Assembly (NCBI GenBank): GCA_025937235.1 | Contig: JAICRU010000004.1 | Coordinates: 777-64,776 of the forward strand | Source of the DNA: Acidimicrobiia bacterium | GTDB lineage: Bacteria > Actinomycetota > Acidimicrobiia > Spongiisociales > ZC4RG35 | Length of the DNA: 64,000 bases | Reading direction: 5' to 3' | In this document: positions 47,546-56,187 of the stretch, piece after piece | How positions within the stretch are numbered: the first letter of the stretch is position 1 | Layout of the letters: the number at the start of each line of letters is the position of its first letter | The notes under the pieces: generated by a model | The model's database searches: none | Seen by the model: the letters and a program-made list of their open reading frames with translations, nothing else | Told to the model about the DNA's origin: nothing | Translations under genes and position numbers: made by a program

Positions 47546-47571
47546 GGTTGACAAGGTCGATCCTGTCAACC
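47546..47571. promoter_or_regulatory. perfect 8-bp inverted repeat GGTTGACA-N10-TGTCAACC upstream of the HTH gene (candidate operator/promoter)
   Basis: Read directly. Additional TGTCA/TGACA half-sites flank it at about 47536 and 47576. The TTGACA motifs also look like -35 elements. Confidence 0.45.
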
Positions 47572-47611
47572 TGCATTGACGACAGACGGCCGGCAGGAGT
47601 GTTGGGATCGA

Positions 47612-48661
47612 TCAGGGGCGTCGGGCGGCGGCCAGTCGGAAGAGGGCGCGGGCTCCTTCACCCAGTGGCTCGAAACGGGTGTCTTCCGTTTGGCCCTGCA
47701 GCCATCGGATATAGATCTGCTGGAGGACGATTCCCAGCTTCCAGGTGCCGAATGCCACGTACCAATCAATGTCGGTGAGGTCACGGCCGGATAGGTCGCC
47801 GTAACGATCGAGGGTCTCCTTTCGACCCATCCAGCCCGGTGCTGTGGTGGGCATCGGGGCCAGCGTGGACCTCTCCTCGTCTTCCTCGTACCACGATGCC
47901 ATGAGGGTCCCGACATCGGCGAGAGGGTCGCCGCGTGTCGCCATGTCCCAGTCGTATACGGCGACACAAAGCCCGGGATCCTCGGGAGAGACCGCCATGT
48001 TGTCCAGCCGCCAATCGTTGTGGAGGAGGGTGGGCGCGCCTGAGGCGGGCAGGTTGGAGCGAAGCCAGTTGCCGACCTCGTCCGCCACAGGGTTGTGCTC
48101 GTGTCGAGACCGCTCCCATCTGCCCCACCAACCATCCACCTGTCGCTGGAGGAAGCCATCAGGGCGCCCGAGGGCGTCCAGCCCCGACTCGACGGCATCC
48201 ACGGCATGAAGCTCGACGAGGGTGTCGATCACGACTTCGGACAGCTTGCGGTTCGCCTCCGGGTCCTGCCCACCACCGAATCGCTCCGGCACCCGGTCCC
48301 GGATGACCACACCGGGCTTGCGCTCCATCACGAAGAATGGAGCCCCAATCACTCCCAGGTCCTCACATATGGCCAGGGCACGGGGCGCCTTTTCGAAGGT
48401 CTGCCACAACCTGGACAGCACCATGTGCTCTCGGGTCATGTCATGAGCGCTCGCGGCCACCGGGCCCAGCGGCGGCCGCCTCAGAACCAGCTCCTCACCG
48501 TCCGGGAACTCGAGCAGATACGTGAGGTTGGCCTTGCCCCCGGCGAATTGCCTCACCTTGGGCGAACCCTGGGGAAGGTTGGATTGGGTGGCGAACCAGC
48601 GGGTCAGGCTCTCGAGGTCGAATCGCTCGTCACTCCGGACCTCGATCAGGTCTTCCACCAT
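47612..48661 (-). CDS. phosphotransferase (APH/choline-kinase-like) family protein
   Basis: FAGGKANLTYLL, LLHNDWRLDNMAV (Brenner motif HxDxxxxN) and VYDWDMATRGDPLADV. Confidence 0.85.
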   Translation of the reverse strand: MVEDLIEVRSDERFDLESLTRWFATQSNLPQGSPKVRQFAGGKANLTYLLEFPDGEELVLRRPPLGPVAASAHDMTREHMVLSRLWQTFEKAPRALAICEDLGVIGAPFFVMERKPGVVIRDRVPERFGGGQDPEANRKLSEVVIDTLVELHAVDAVESGLDALGRPDGFLQRQVDGWWGRWERSRHEHNPVADEVGNWLRSNLPASGAPTLLHNDWRLDNMAVSPEDPGLCVAVYDWDMATRGDPLADVGTLMASWYEEDEERSTLAPMPTTAPGWMGRKETLDRYGDLSGRDLTDIDWYVAFGTWKLGIVLQQIYIRWLQGQTEDTRFEPLGEGARALFRLAAARRP

Positions 48662-48701
48662 CGGAAGGGTATCGGCGCATGTCTAGCCTCACTCCGCACC
48701 G

Positions 48702-50351
48702 ATGCCGATGAACACCGCTTTTCAGATCTGCTCCCGACTCACCGAGGCGTACGCCGACCTTTCACCGATTGCGGCCACCTTCGCCGGGGTGCCGGGTCGC
48801 GACCACCTGTGGGATGACCTCTCCCCGGATGGCGAGGCGGCAAAGGCCGCGTTCTACGCAGCTGGGATCGCCGAGCTCGAACCGCACCGAGACGACCCCG
48901 ATCCGGTGCAGGCGTCCGCTGCCAAGGTGGCCAGCTCCTACCTCTCGTCGGTGCTACGGCGTCACCAGATGGGGCACTGGAAGCGTGACCTGAATCACAT
49001 CGATTGCCCGTTTCAGAGTGCCCGCGACACATTCGACGTTCTGCCCAAGGAGGGCGCGGCGGCATGGGAGGCGATCGTCGCCCGTCTCGGAGCGTGGGAC
49101 GGCCTCTTGGAGGGTTACAGGGCGAGCCTTCAGGTGGGGCTGGACGAGGGCGACGTAGTGGCGCGGCGGCAGGTGGTCACCCTCGTGGACCAGGTGCGGG
49201 CCGTGGCCGAAGGGTCGAGGTTCACCGATATGGCTTCCCGGGCCGCGGCCACGGGCGGGAACGAGGATTCGGTGATCGGGGCAGTAGCCGCGGCCCGGGC
49301 CGCCTCGGCACGATTCGCCGACTGGCTGGAGGCGGACTATCTGCCCCGAACCATCCCGGTCGACGCCTGCGGGCGGGACCGGTATCTGACCGATGCCGAG
49401 CACTACCTCGGAATGGATCTCGACGTGGACGAGGCCTACGAGTGGGGCTGGTCCGAGGTGCATCGCCTCCTCGACGAGATGAGGGCGACGGCGAAGGAGA
49501 TCGACTCAGACATGAGCATCGAGGCGGTGATCCATATGCTCGACACCGATCCCGCCCGATCGTCGCCCGATCACGAGGCTTTCGCCCAGTTCGTGCGGTC
49601 GATCCAGGAAGAAGCCGTAGATCAGCTGGACGGCGACGCCTTCGACGTGCCTGCGGAGATCCGGGAGGTGACGGTCAACCTGGCCCCACCGGGAGGCAGC
49701 CTCGGCGCCTGGTACCACGGGCCGTCGGAGGACCTGACCCGGCCCGGCTCTATCTGGTACGCGCTCGGAGAGCGTCCCCGGATTCCCTACTGGCAGGAGG
49801 TGGCCACCGCCTATCACGAAGGCTTCCCGGGGCATCATCTCCAGGTGGGGATGGCGGTGCTCCAGCGCGAGAACCTCTCCAGATTCCACCGGCTGTTCGT
49901 CTGGTATCCCGGATCCGGTGAGGGCTGGGCCCTCTATGCGGAGAGGTTGATGGACGACCTCGGCTATTTCGATAACCCCGACTACCGGCTCGGGCTCCTG
50001 GCCAGCCAGCTTTTCCGCTCGACCAGGGTGGTGGTCGATATCGGCGCCCATCTCGAGAAGCGGATCCCCGACGATGCCCCGCTACATGCGGGCGAGACAT
50101 GGGATCACGACATCGCAGTCGACTACATGATCGAGGTCGGGCTCCAGGCTCCCGACGTCGCCGAATCTGAGGTCCTCAGATATCTCGGGATCCCGGGCCA
50201 GGCCATCTCCTACAAGGTGGGAGAGAGGGAGATCCTCGATATCCGGGATGAAGCGATGGCGCAGGCCGACTTCGACCCCAAGGGGTTCCACCGCAGGTTG
50301 TTGGAGGCGGGGGCCATACGTCTCGACCAGTTACGGGATCGGATGGGGTGA
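48702..50351 (+). CDS. DUF885 domain-containing protein (putative metallopeptidase-like)
   Basis: 549 aa. AYHEGFPGHHLQ, and the overall pattern is typical of DUF885. Confidence 0.75.
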   Translation: MPMNTAFQICSRLTEAYADLSPIAATFAGVPGRDHLWDDLSPDGEAAKAAFYAAGIAELEPHRDDPDPVQASAAKVASSYLSSVLRRHQMGHWKRDLNHIDCPFQSARDTFDVLPKEGAAAWEAIVARLGAWDGLLEGYRASLQVGLDEGDVVARRQVVTLVDQVRAVAEGSRFTDMASRAAATGGNEDSVIGAVAAARAASARFADWLEADYLPRTIPVDACGRDRYLTDAEHYLGMDLDVDEAYEWGWSEVHRLLDEMRATAKEIDSDMSIEAVIHMLDTDPARSSPDHEAFAQFVRSIQEEAVDQLDGDAFDVPAEIREVTVNLAPPGGSLGAWYHGPSEDLTRPGSIWYALGERPRIPYWQEVATAYHEGFPGHHLQVGMAVLQRENLSRFHRLFVWYPGSGEGWALYAERLMDDLGYFDNPDYRLGLLASQLFRSTRVVVDIGAHLEKRIPDDAPLHAGETWDHDIAVDYMIEVGLQAPDVAESEVLRYLGIPGQAISYKVGEREILDIRDEAMAQADFDPKGFHRRLLEAGAIRLDQLRDRMG

Positions 50352-50354
50352 TCG

Positions 50355-51500
50355 TCAGCAGCCGTTGGCCACCAGCGTCGGGTTGGGGTTGATGGCCACG
50401 CCGTCGCGGTACATCCCGAAATGGAGATGAGGGGTTGTGCCGGCCGCGTTACCCGAATTGCCCACGTAGCCGATCACGTCGCCGGCTCCGACCTCCCCCT
50501 TCTTGCCCGCGCCATCGAGATGAGAGCCGAGGTACTTGATCCCGTCACTGCCGTACAGGTTGAACTGGAGACCACCAATGGTGCCCTGGATCAGTTCGAC
50601 GGTGCCGGAGACTGGAGCCCGGACCGGCGAGCCCTTGGTGGAGAAGATGTCGTTCCCCTCGTGGAAGCGCCCGCCACCGCGAGGGAAGCCCCAGTCGTTG
50701 AAATAGCTGCCGTCTTCGATGGGGCACACCCAGCCCGACCCACCCGGGACCTTCAGTGTCTGCCCCGATCGGATGAGGTTCACATCGGACAGCCCGTTCA
50801 TGTCGGCGATGGCGGAGATGTTGGTGCCGTATCGGGCTGCGATGTCAGCGAGGCGGTCACCCGATGCCACCACGTAGGTCCCCGCCCCGCCACTGCCTGA
50901 CCCGACGAATGCGGGGCCGTCGAGGAAGAGACGGGTCCCTGTGTAGACCTTCCCGTTGACGAGGCCGTTGGCCGCGGCGATCTGATCGGGGGAGACACCC
51001 GAGTACTTGCCGGCGATGACGTCGAGGGTCTCACCCCTTTGAACCACGTGATAGCGGCCCGACCTCCCGGAGGATCCGTCGCCTCCACCGCCTTGACCGG
51101 TGCCGGATCCCTGCGATTTCTTGCGAGTGGCGGGGATCAGCAGCTCCTGACCTGGTCGGATCAGGTCGGGGTTGGCCAGGTCGTTGGCGGCGGCGATGTC
51201 CCTGGCGCTGGATCCATAGGCGCCGGCGATGCGGTACAGCGATTCACCTTGCGTCACTACGTGGACCTGTTCGGGCGAACCGTCTTCGCCGGGTATCAGC
51301 AGCACATCGCCGGGGTGGATCAGGTCGGGATTGGCGAGCTCGTTGAACTCGACCACGTCCGAGACCGAAACGCCGTGGTCACGTGCGATCTCGCTGACCG
51401 TGTCCCCGCGCTGCACGGTGTACTCCAACGAAAAGAGAGCAACAGTCAGCGCGATAACCGTGCCAACGAAAAGGGCGCGGGCGCGTCTTTTGACTGGCAT
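50355..51500 (-). CDS. secreted peptidoglycan hydrolase: four LysM repeats plus a C-terminal M23 metallopeptidase domain
   Basis: Four Y.V..GD....IA......S...I...N.L......I..GQ.L.IP repeats, then HEGNDIF (HxxxD) and GNSGNAAGTTPHLHF (HxH). Confidence 0.9.
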   Translation of the reverse strand: MPVKRRARALFVGTVIALTVALFSLEYTVQRGDTVSEIARDHGVSVSDVVEFNELANPDLIHPGDVLLIPGEDGSPEQVHVVTQGESLYRIAGAYGSSARDIAAANDLANPDLIRPGQELLIPATRKKSQGSGTGQGGGGDGSSGRSGRYHVVQRGETLDVIAGKYSGVSPDQIAAANGLVNGKVYTGTRLFLDGPAFVGSGSGGAGTYVVASGDRLADIAARYGTNISAIADMNGLSDVNLIRSGQTLKVPGGSGWVCPIEDGSYFNDWGFPRGGGRFHEGNDIFSTKGSPVRAPVSGTVELIQGTIGGLQFNLYGSDGIKYLGSHLDGAGKKGEVGAGDVIGYVGNSGNAAGTTPHLHFGMYRDGVAINPNPTLVANGC

Positions 51501-51572
51501 GAAGGTCCAACTCCTTCAAGCCCCTGTTTCCGTCCGCGTGTTCACCCTAATCGGAGATCGCGAAATTGCCAC

Positions 51573-52631
51573 TTAAACGTGCTGACGGGGCTGGGACACC
51601 CCCAGACCCGGTTTGCCGGCGAGAAGACGAAGCTGGCCGCAGGCAGCATCGATGTCTCGCCCACGCGTGTCACGGACCGTGACATTGACGCCGCGGCAGG
51701 CCAGCTCACGGCTGAAGGCGTTGATCGCAGCCTCGCTCGAGGCCTTCTCACTGGTCAGAGGGGTTGGGTTGAGGGCGATGAGATTGACGTGGGCCCGAAG
51801 ACGACCTGCGATCTCAGCCAGCTTGACCGCCTGATCCTGGCTGTCGTTGACCGAGTCCATCATCGTCCATTCGATCGAGATGCGGCGCCGCTTCTTCTCG
51901 AAGTAGGCCGAAGCAGCAGCCTCGAGCTCCTGCAACGGGTACCGGCGGTTGATGGGGACCAGACTGCTCCGCAACTCGTCGTCGGCCGCATGGAGGCTGA
52001 TTGCCAGAGAGACGGGCCAGGGCTCTTCGGCGAGTCGTCTGATCCCGGGCACGAGTCCGACGGTCGAAACCGTGATCGACCTCGCCGACATGCCCATCAC
52101 ATCTACGATCCGGCGAATGGCCTCCCGGACCCTGTCGTAGTTGGCCAGTGGCTCTCCCATCCCCATGAACACCACATTGCTGAGACGGGACACCGTGCCC
52201 GGCATCCCGACCTGGCGGAGGAACGCCCGGGCGTAGGCGACCTGCGCCACCATCTCACCGGCCTCGAGATGTCGCTCGAAGCCGAACTGCCCGGTGGCAC
52301 AGAAGGTGCAGCCGAGAGCACAGCCCGCCTGGCTCGAGATGCACAGCGTGGCCCGGCGGGGGTAGCCCATCAGCACCGACTCGATCGCGGCGCCGTCGGG
52401 GGCCCGGAACAGCCACTTGCGGGTAGTGCCCCCGTCGGCGGACCTCTCCATCTCGACATCGAACGGCCAGAGATCGGATAACCGCTCCCTCACCGCGGCC
52501 GGGAGATTCGTCATTCTCTCGCTGCTCAGGACAGGTGTCTCGTACAACCAGCGTCGCAACTGGTCGATGCGATAGGGGGGCTCACCGTCGAGGAGGCGGA
52601 AAAGGTCCTCCGGCTGGTGCAGATAGGGCAC
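51573..52631 (-). CDS. rlmN: 23S rRNA/tRNA (adenine-C2)-methyltransferase, radical SAM
   Basis: YRIDQLRRWLY, CISSQAGCALGCTFCATGQ (CxxxCxxC) and DIDAACGQL. Confidence 0.92.
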   Translation of the reverse strand: MPYLHQPEDLFRLLDGEPPYRIDQLRRWLYETPVLSSERMTNLPAAVRERLSDLWPFDVEMERSADGGTTRKWLFRAPDGAAIESVLMGYPRRATLCISSQAGCALGCTFCATGQFGFERHLEAGEMVAQVAYARAFLRQVGMPGTVSRLSNVVFMGMGEPLANYDRVREAIRRIVDVMGMSARSITVSTVGLVPGIRRLAEEPWPVSLAISLHAADDELRSSLVPINRRYPLQELEAAASAYFEKKRRRISIEWTMMDSVNDSQDQAVKLAEIAGRLRAHVNLIALNPTPLTSEKASSEAAINAFSRELACRGVNVTVRDTRGRDIDAACGQLRLLAGKPGLGVSQPRQHV

Positions 52632-52633
52632 CT

Positions 52634-52954
52634 TCAGGCCAAGGAGCGGGCCTGTTCGATCCAGGCCCGTGCCCTGGCGCCGCTCACGCCGGCAGCTTCG
52701 GCGATCTTGTCGGGCGTCGCCGATGCCAGCTTCGAGACGTCGCCGATGCCGGCGCCCTTGAGGCGCCCGGCGAACACGGGGCCGATCCCGTCGATGGCGT
52801 CGATGCTCATGAGCTCGGGTTCTGCCGGTGCGACTCGCAGGACCGGAGGCTCAGGCTCGCGAGATGCTGCCACCGAGATGAATCGGTCGCGCATCGCCCA
52901 GATCACGGCAGCGGCTGCGCCTACGATGCCCACCACCTTGGCCAGGGTCTTCAT
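52634..52954 (-). CDS. membrane-anchored helix-hairpin-helix (DUF4332-like) protein
   Basis: MKTLAKVVGIVGAAAAVIWA anchor, then IDGIGPVFAGRLKGAGI...LASATPDKIAEAAGVS HhH motifs. ATG at 52954. Confidence 0.55.
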   Translation of the reverse strand: MKTLAKVVGIVGAAAAVIWAMRDRFISVAASREPEPPVLRVAPAEPELMSIDAIDGIGPVFAGRLKGAGIGDVSKLASATPDKIAEAAGVSGARARAWIEQARSLA

Positions 52955-53003
52955 GGTGCGCGAATCGTACCCAACATAGGCAAGATCTACCCTGGCTCCC
53001 CTC

Positions 53004-54020
53004 ATGAAGGTGGACTTCTACTACCCGCCGAGCCCTCCCGAGCACGCCGGAGCTGCGGCCGTCGAGGCCATGGAAATGGGTTATGACGGGTTCTTCACCG
53101 CCGAAACCCAACACGACCCGTTCTTTCCGCTCGCCCTGGCTGCGGTCGCCCAGCCGGGCCTGGACCTGGGCACGGCCATCGCCGTCGCCTTCCCACGTTC
53201 GCCGATGGTGATGGCGATGACAGCCTGGGACCTGGCCCGCATGTCCGGCGGCCGGTTCCTGCTCGGTCTGGGGACACAGGTCAGGGCCCACATCGTTCGC
53301 CGCTTTTCCTCCACCTGGGACCGGCCGGCGCCCCGGCTTCGGGAGTACATACAGGCCCTTCGGGCGATCTGGGCGTCTTTCCAGGACTCGGCTCCTTTGT
53401 CCTTCGAGGGCGAGTTCTACCAGTTCTCTTTGATCACGCCCTTCTTCAATCCGGGCCCGATCCGTCATCCCGAGGTACCGGTCTACATCGCCGGTGTCGG
53501 CCCCCATCTGAGCCGTTTGGCCGGCGAGCTCTGTCAGGGCTTCCACGTCCATCCGTTCCATACCACCCGATATCTGGATCGGGTGGTGATCCCGGCCATC
53601 GGCGGAGGAGCCGCCGCTTCGGGGCGAACGATCGACGATGTCGAGCTGGCGACCACTGTCTTCGTGATGACAGGCGAGACCGAGGCAGAGGTCGAGCAGG
53701 CGATGGACCCGGTGAGACAGCAGATCGCCTTCTATGCTTCTACCCCTTCCTATCTGCCCGTTCTCGAGGCCGAAGGGTGGGATTTCGGCGACGAGCTGAA
53801 TGCCATGTCGAAACGGGGCCAGTGGCAGGAGATGGCAGCCCTGGTGCCCGACGAGGCAGTCCTGACCGTCGGTGTGGCTGCAGCGATCGATGGGCTCGCC
53901 GATGCGATCAGGGATCGATACGGCGGCCGGGTGCAGCGGATCGGCTTCTACACGATCGGGCCCACCCTCCATGCGGATCCCGACGCTCTTCGTCAGGTGA
54001 TCGCCCGGCTCAAGCGCTAG
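53004..54020 (+). CDS. LLM-class (luciferase-like) F420-dependent oxidoreductase
   Basis: GYDGFFTAETQHDPF and the overall TIM-barrel LLM pattern. F420 dependence is inferred from family resemblance. Confidence 0.75.
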   Translation: MKVDFYYPPSPPEHAGAAAVEAMEMGYDGFFTAETQHDPFFPLALAAVAQPGLDLGTAIAVAFPRSPMVMAMTAWDLARMSGGRFLLGLGTQVRAHIVRRFSSTWDRPAPRLREYIQALRAIWASFQDSAPLSFEGEFYQFSLITPFFNPGPIRHPEVPVYIAGVGPHLSRLAGELCQGFHVHPFHTTRYLDRVVIPAIGGGAAASGRTIDDVELATTVFVMTGETEAEVEQAMDPVRQQIAFYASTPSYLPVLEAEGWDFGDELNAMSKRGQWQEMAALVPDEAVLTVGVAAAIDGLADAIRDRYGGRVQRIGFYTIGPTLHADPDALRQVIARLKR

Positions 54021-55660
54021 CCGGGCAGGATGACCGCGCGGGTCGTGTCGACTCGGGGGTCGGCGGCGGCGGCGATGTCGGGGGGGTCGATCGCGATCAC
54101 CGAGACGGGTCCCCAGTCGGATTGGGGGCCGGCGACCTCTTCGATCGAGTGACCTCGTCTGCGCAGGTCGCTCAGCGCGAAATGGGGCACACCCGGTTCG
54201 ATCTGAAGCCGCGCCTCCGAGAAGGGGCCGAAGTCGGCGACTGTCCACCGAGGGGCGCGCTGAGCGGCTTCGACGTCGACGCCGGCCAACACCACGCGCG
54301 CCGCCACCTGCGCCACGATCTGTGGCTGCAGAGCCGCCCCCCTGGTGCCGAGTACGAGCCTGGTCATCGCCTCGTCGGTCCAGATGGTGGGGGAGAGGGT
54401 GTGTCTCGGGCGCTTGCCGGGTTGGATTTCATTGGGATGGCCCGGGGTGGTGGTGAATCCGCTGCCGCGGTTGTGGAGCAGGAATCCGCTGCGGCGGGCC
54501 CCAAAGTGGGATCCCGGACCGGCGAAGTTCGATTGGATGATCGAAACCGCCATCCCCTCGTTGTCCACGACACAGAGATAGGCGGTGCTCGAGGGAGCGC
54601 CCGTCCTCGGCCAGATACCGGTGCGGGCACGATCGATGGTGGCCGCGGCCCGCCGCAGCCGGTCGGAGTCGAGGAGCAAGGCTGCCGGCAGAGGGGCATC
54701 GTCGGCGTCGGCAACCAGATCGTCTCTTTCCCACGCCACGGACCGGAACGCCTCGATCAGGAAGTGCCACCAGTCGGGGTGACTCGGGTCATCCGGAGGC
54801 GACATCATCTCGAAAACGCCCAGGGTCGCCAGGCCGAGATATCCTTGGGAGTTGGGGGGAATGGTCCACGCCGTCAGCCCACCGATACGACAAGAGATCG
54901 GGCTGACCCATTCGGCGTGTTCGCCGGCCAGATCCTCGAAGGTGATGACCCCTCCGAGCTCCTCGACGATGTCCTCGCCAGGTGTGCCCTGATAGAAGGC
55001 GGCCCGGCCCCCGTCGGCGATGGCTTCCAGGGTGGCTGCCAGCGCCGGCCTCCTTATTCGGTCCCCCGAGGTGACCACCCGCCCCTGTGGGTAGAGCTCT
55101 CTCACGGCCGGATGGCGTGCATAGACATCGGCCTCCTGGCCGAATCTCGCTGCCTGCTCGGTGCTCACTTCGAAGCCGTCGCTGCCGTGGGAGATGGCGG
55201 GGGCCAGGCAGTCCGCCAGCGGCAGGCGGCCAAGCTCCTGTGACAGGGTCGACCAGCCGTCGACACAGCCAGGCACGGTGACAGAGAGTGGGTCGTCTCG
55301 TCCGATCGCCCCCGAAGCCGAGTCTCGCATCTTGGCCGGCGTTGCCCCGGAGCCAGCACGACCGGAGGCATTGAGCGCTCGGGGCGCATCCCATCCGGGA
55401 CGATGGACGAGGGCGAAGAGGTCGCCGCCGATCCCACAGGTCTCCGGTGCAACCATCCCCTGCACGGCGGTGGCAGCAATGGCGGCGTCGACCGCGTTAC
55501 CGCCTGCTCTCAGCACGAACGCGGCGGCGTCGGTGGAGAGATGATGCGGGGTGGCGACGGCGCCGTTCAGGAGGATTTGAGGTCGGGGAGGACTCGGTTC
55601 AGGGCGTCGAGCACGGCACGCACAACGGCCCTCGACTCTTCGTCCTCGACGTAGGCGCAC
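54017..55660 (-). CDS. ggt: gamma-glutamyltransferase
   Basis: AVATPHHLSTDAAAFVLRAGGNAVDAAIA, GIGGDLF, autoprocessing STAYLCVVD and SPTIW. The start is either GTG 55660 (94-nt overlap with the upstream gene) or CTG 55570 (CTGA overlap). Confidence 0.88.
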   Translation of the reverse strand: MRLRRGRRVEGRCACRARRPEPSPPRPQILLNGAVATPHHLSTDAAAFVLRAGGNAVDAAIAATAVQGMVAPETCGIGGDLFALVHRPGWDAPRALNASGRAGSGATPAKMRDSASGAIGRDDPLSVTVPGCVDGWSTLSQELGRLPLADCLAPAISHGSDGFEVSTEQAARFGQEADVYARHPAVRELYPQGRVVTSGDRIRRPALAATLEAIADGGRAAFYQGTPGEDIVEELGGVITFEDLAGEHAEWVSPISCRIGGLTAWTIPPNSQGYLGLATLGVFEMMSPPDDPSHPDWWHFLIEAFRSVAWERDDLVADADDAPLPAALLLDSDRLRRAAATIDRARTGIWPRTGAPSSTAYLCVVDNEGMAVSIIQSNFAGPGSHFGARRSGFLLHNRGSGFTTTPGHPNEIQPGKRPRHTLSPTIWTDEAMTRLVLGTRGAALQPQIVAQVAARVVLAGVDVEAAQRAPRWTVADFGPFSEARLQIEPGVPHFALSDLRRRGHSIEEVAGPQSDWGPVSVIAIDPPDIAAAADPRVDTTRAVILPG

Positions 55661-56187
55661 CCGATCAGATGACGCTCGGTGGCTTCGGTGACCACCACCA
55701 CCTGGGCCACCGCAACCTTTCGTCCACCCAGTGCGGGGATGTCCATCGACGACACCGCCAGGGCGGTGTCACGGTGTATGGCCTGTCGGATGGCGTCTAG
55801 GGTCGCCTCGGCTATCTGCCGGGGGCGGGTGGACATGGCGGCTGCTCCCTTGGCCATGCCGGTGAACACCTCGTTCTGCCAGCGAAGGCTGACGGAGACC
55901 TCGGCCCGGGAGCCGTCGAGAACCTCGCCGACGTCGATGAGGGCGGGGCGAAAGCCCGTTTCCAGGTCCGAGTCCGCCAGCTGGACCACCGATACCACCC
56001 TACGGTCGATTTCCTCGCCGAACAGCGCCTGGCTGAGCGTCTGCACGTCCCGAACCACCTGCTTGGCGGGCTTGTTGCGCCGGGCGAGGACGTGGATTTC
56101 TTCGATGTGCCCATTACCGGCGACGATCCTGGCGGCCTCGACGCCGTCGATCCGGCTGATTTTCTCCTGGAGGGCGAGCAGGTCCAT
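55567..56187 (-). CDS. hypothetical two-domain protein (small alpha/beta N-domain plus ACT/LeuA-regulatory-like C-domain)
   Basis: 206-aa ORF with GC3-rich codons, ATG at 56187. No family recognised; the domain description is a guess from sequence patterns. Confidence 0.6.
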   Translation of the reverse strand: MDLLALQEKISRIDGVEAARIVAGNGHIEEIHVLARRNKPAKQVVRDVQTLSQALFGEEIDRRVVSVVQLADSDLETGFRPALIDVGEVLDGSRAEVSVSLRWQNEVFTGMAKGAAAMSTRPRQIAEATLDAIRQAIHRDTALAVSSMDIPALGGRKVAVAQVVVVTEATERHLIGCAYVEDEESRAVVRAVLDALNRVLPDLKSS

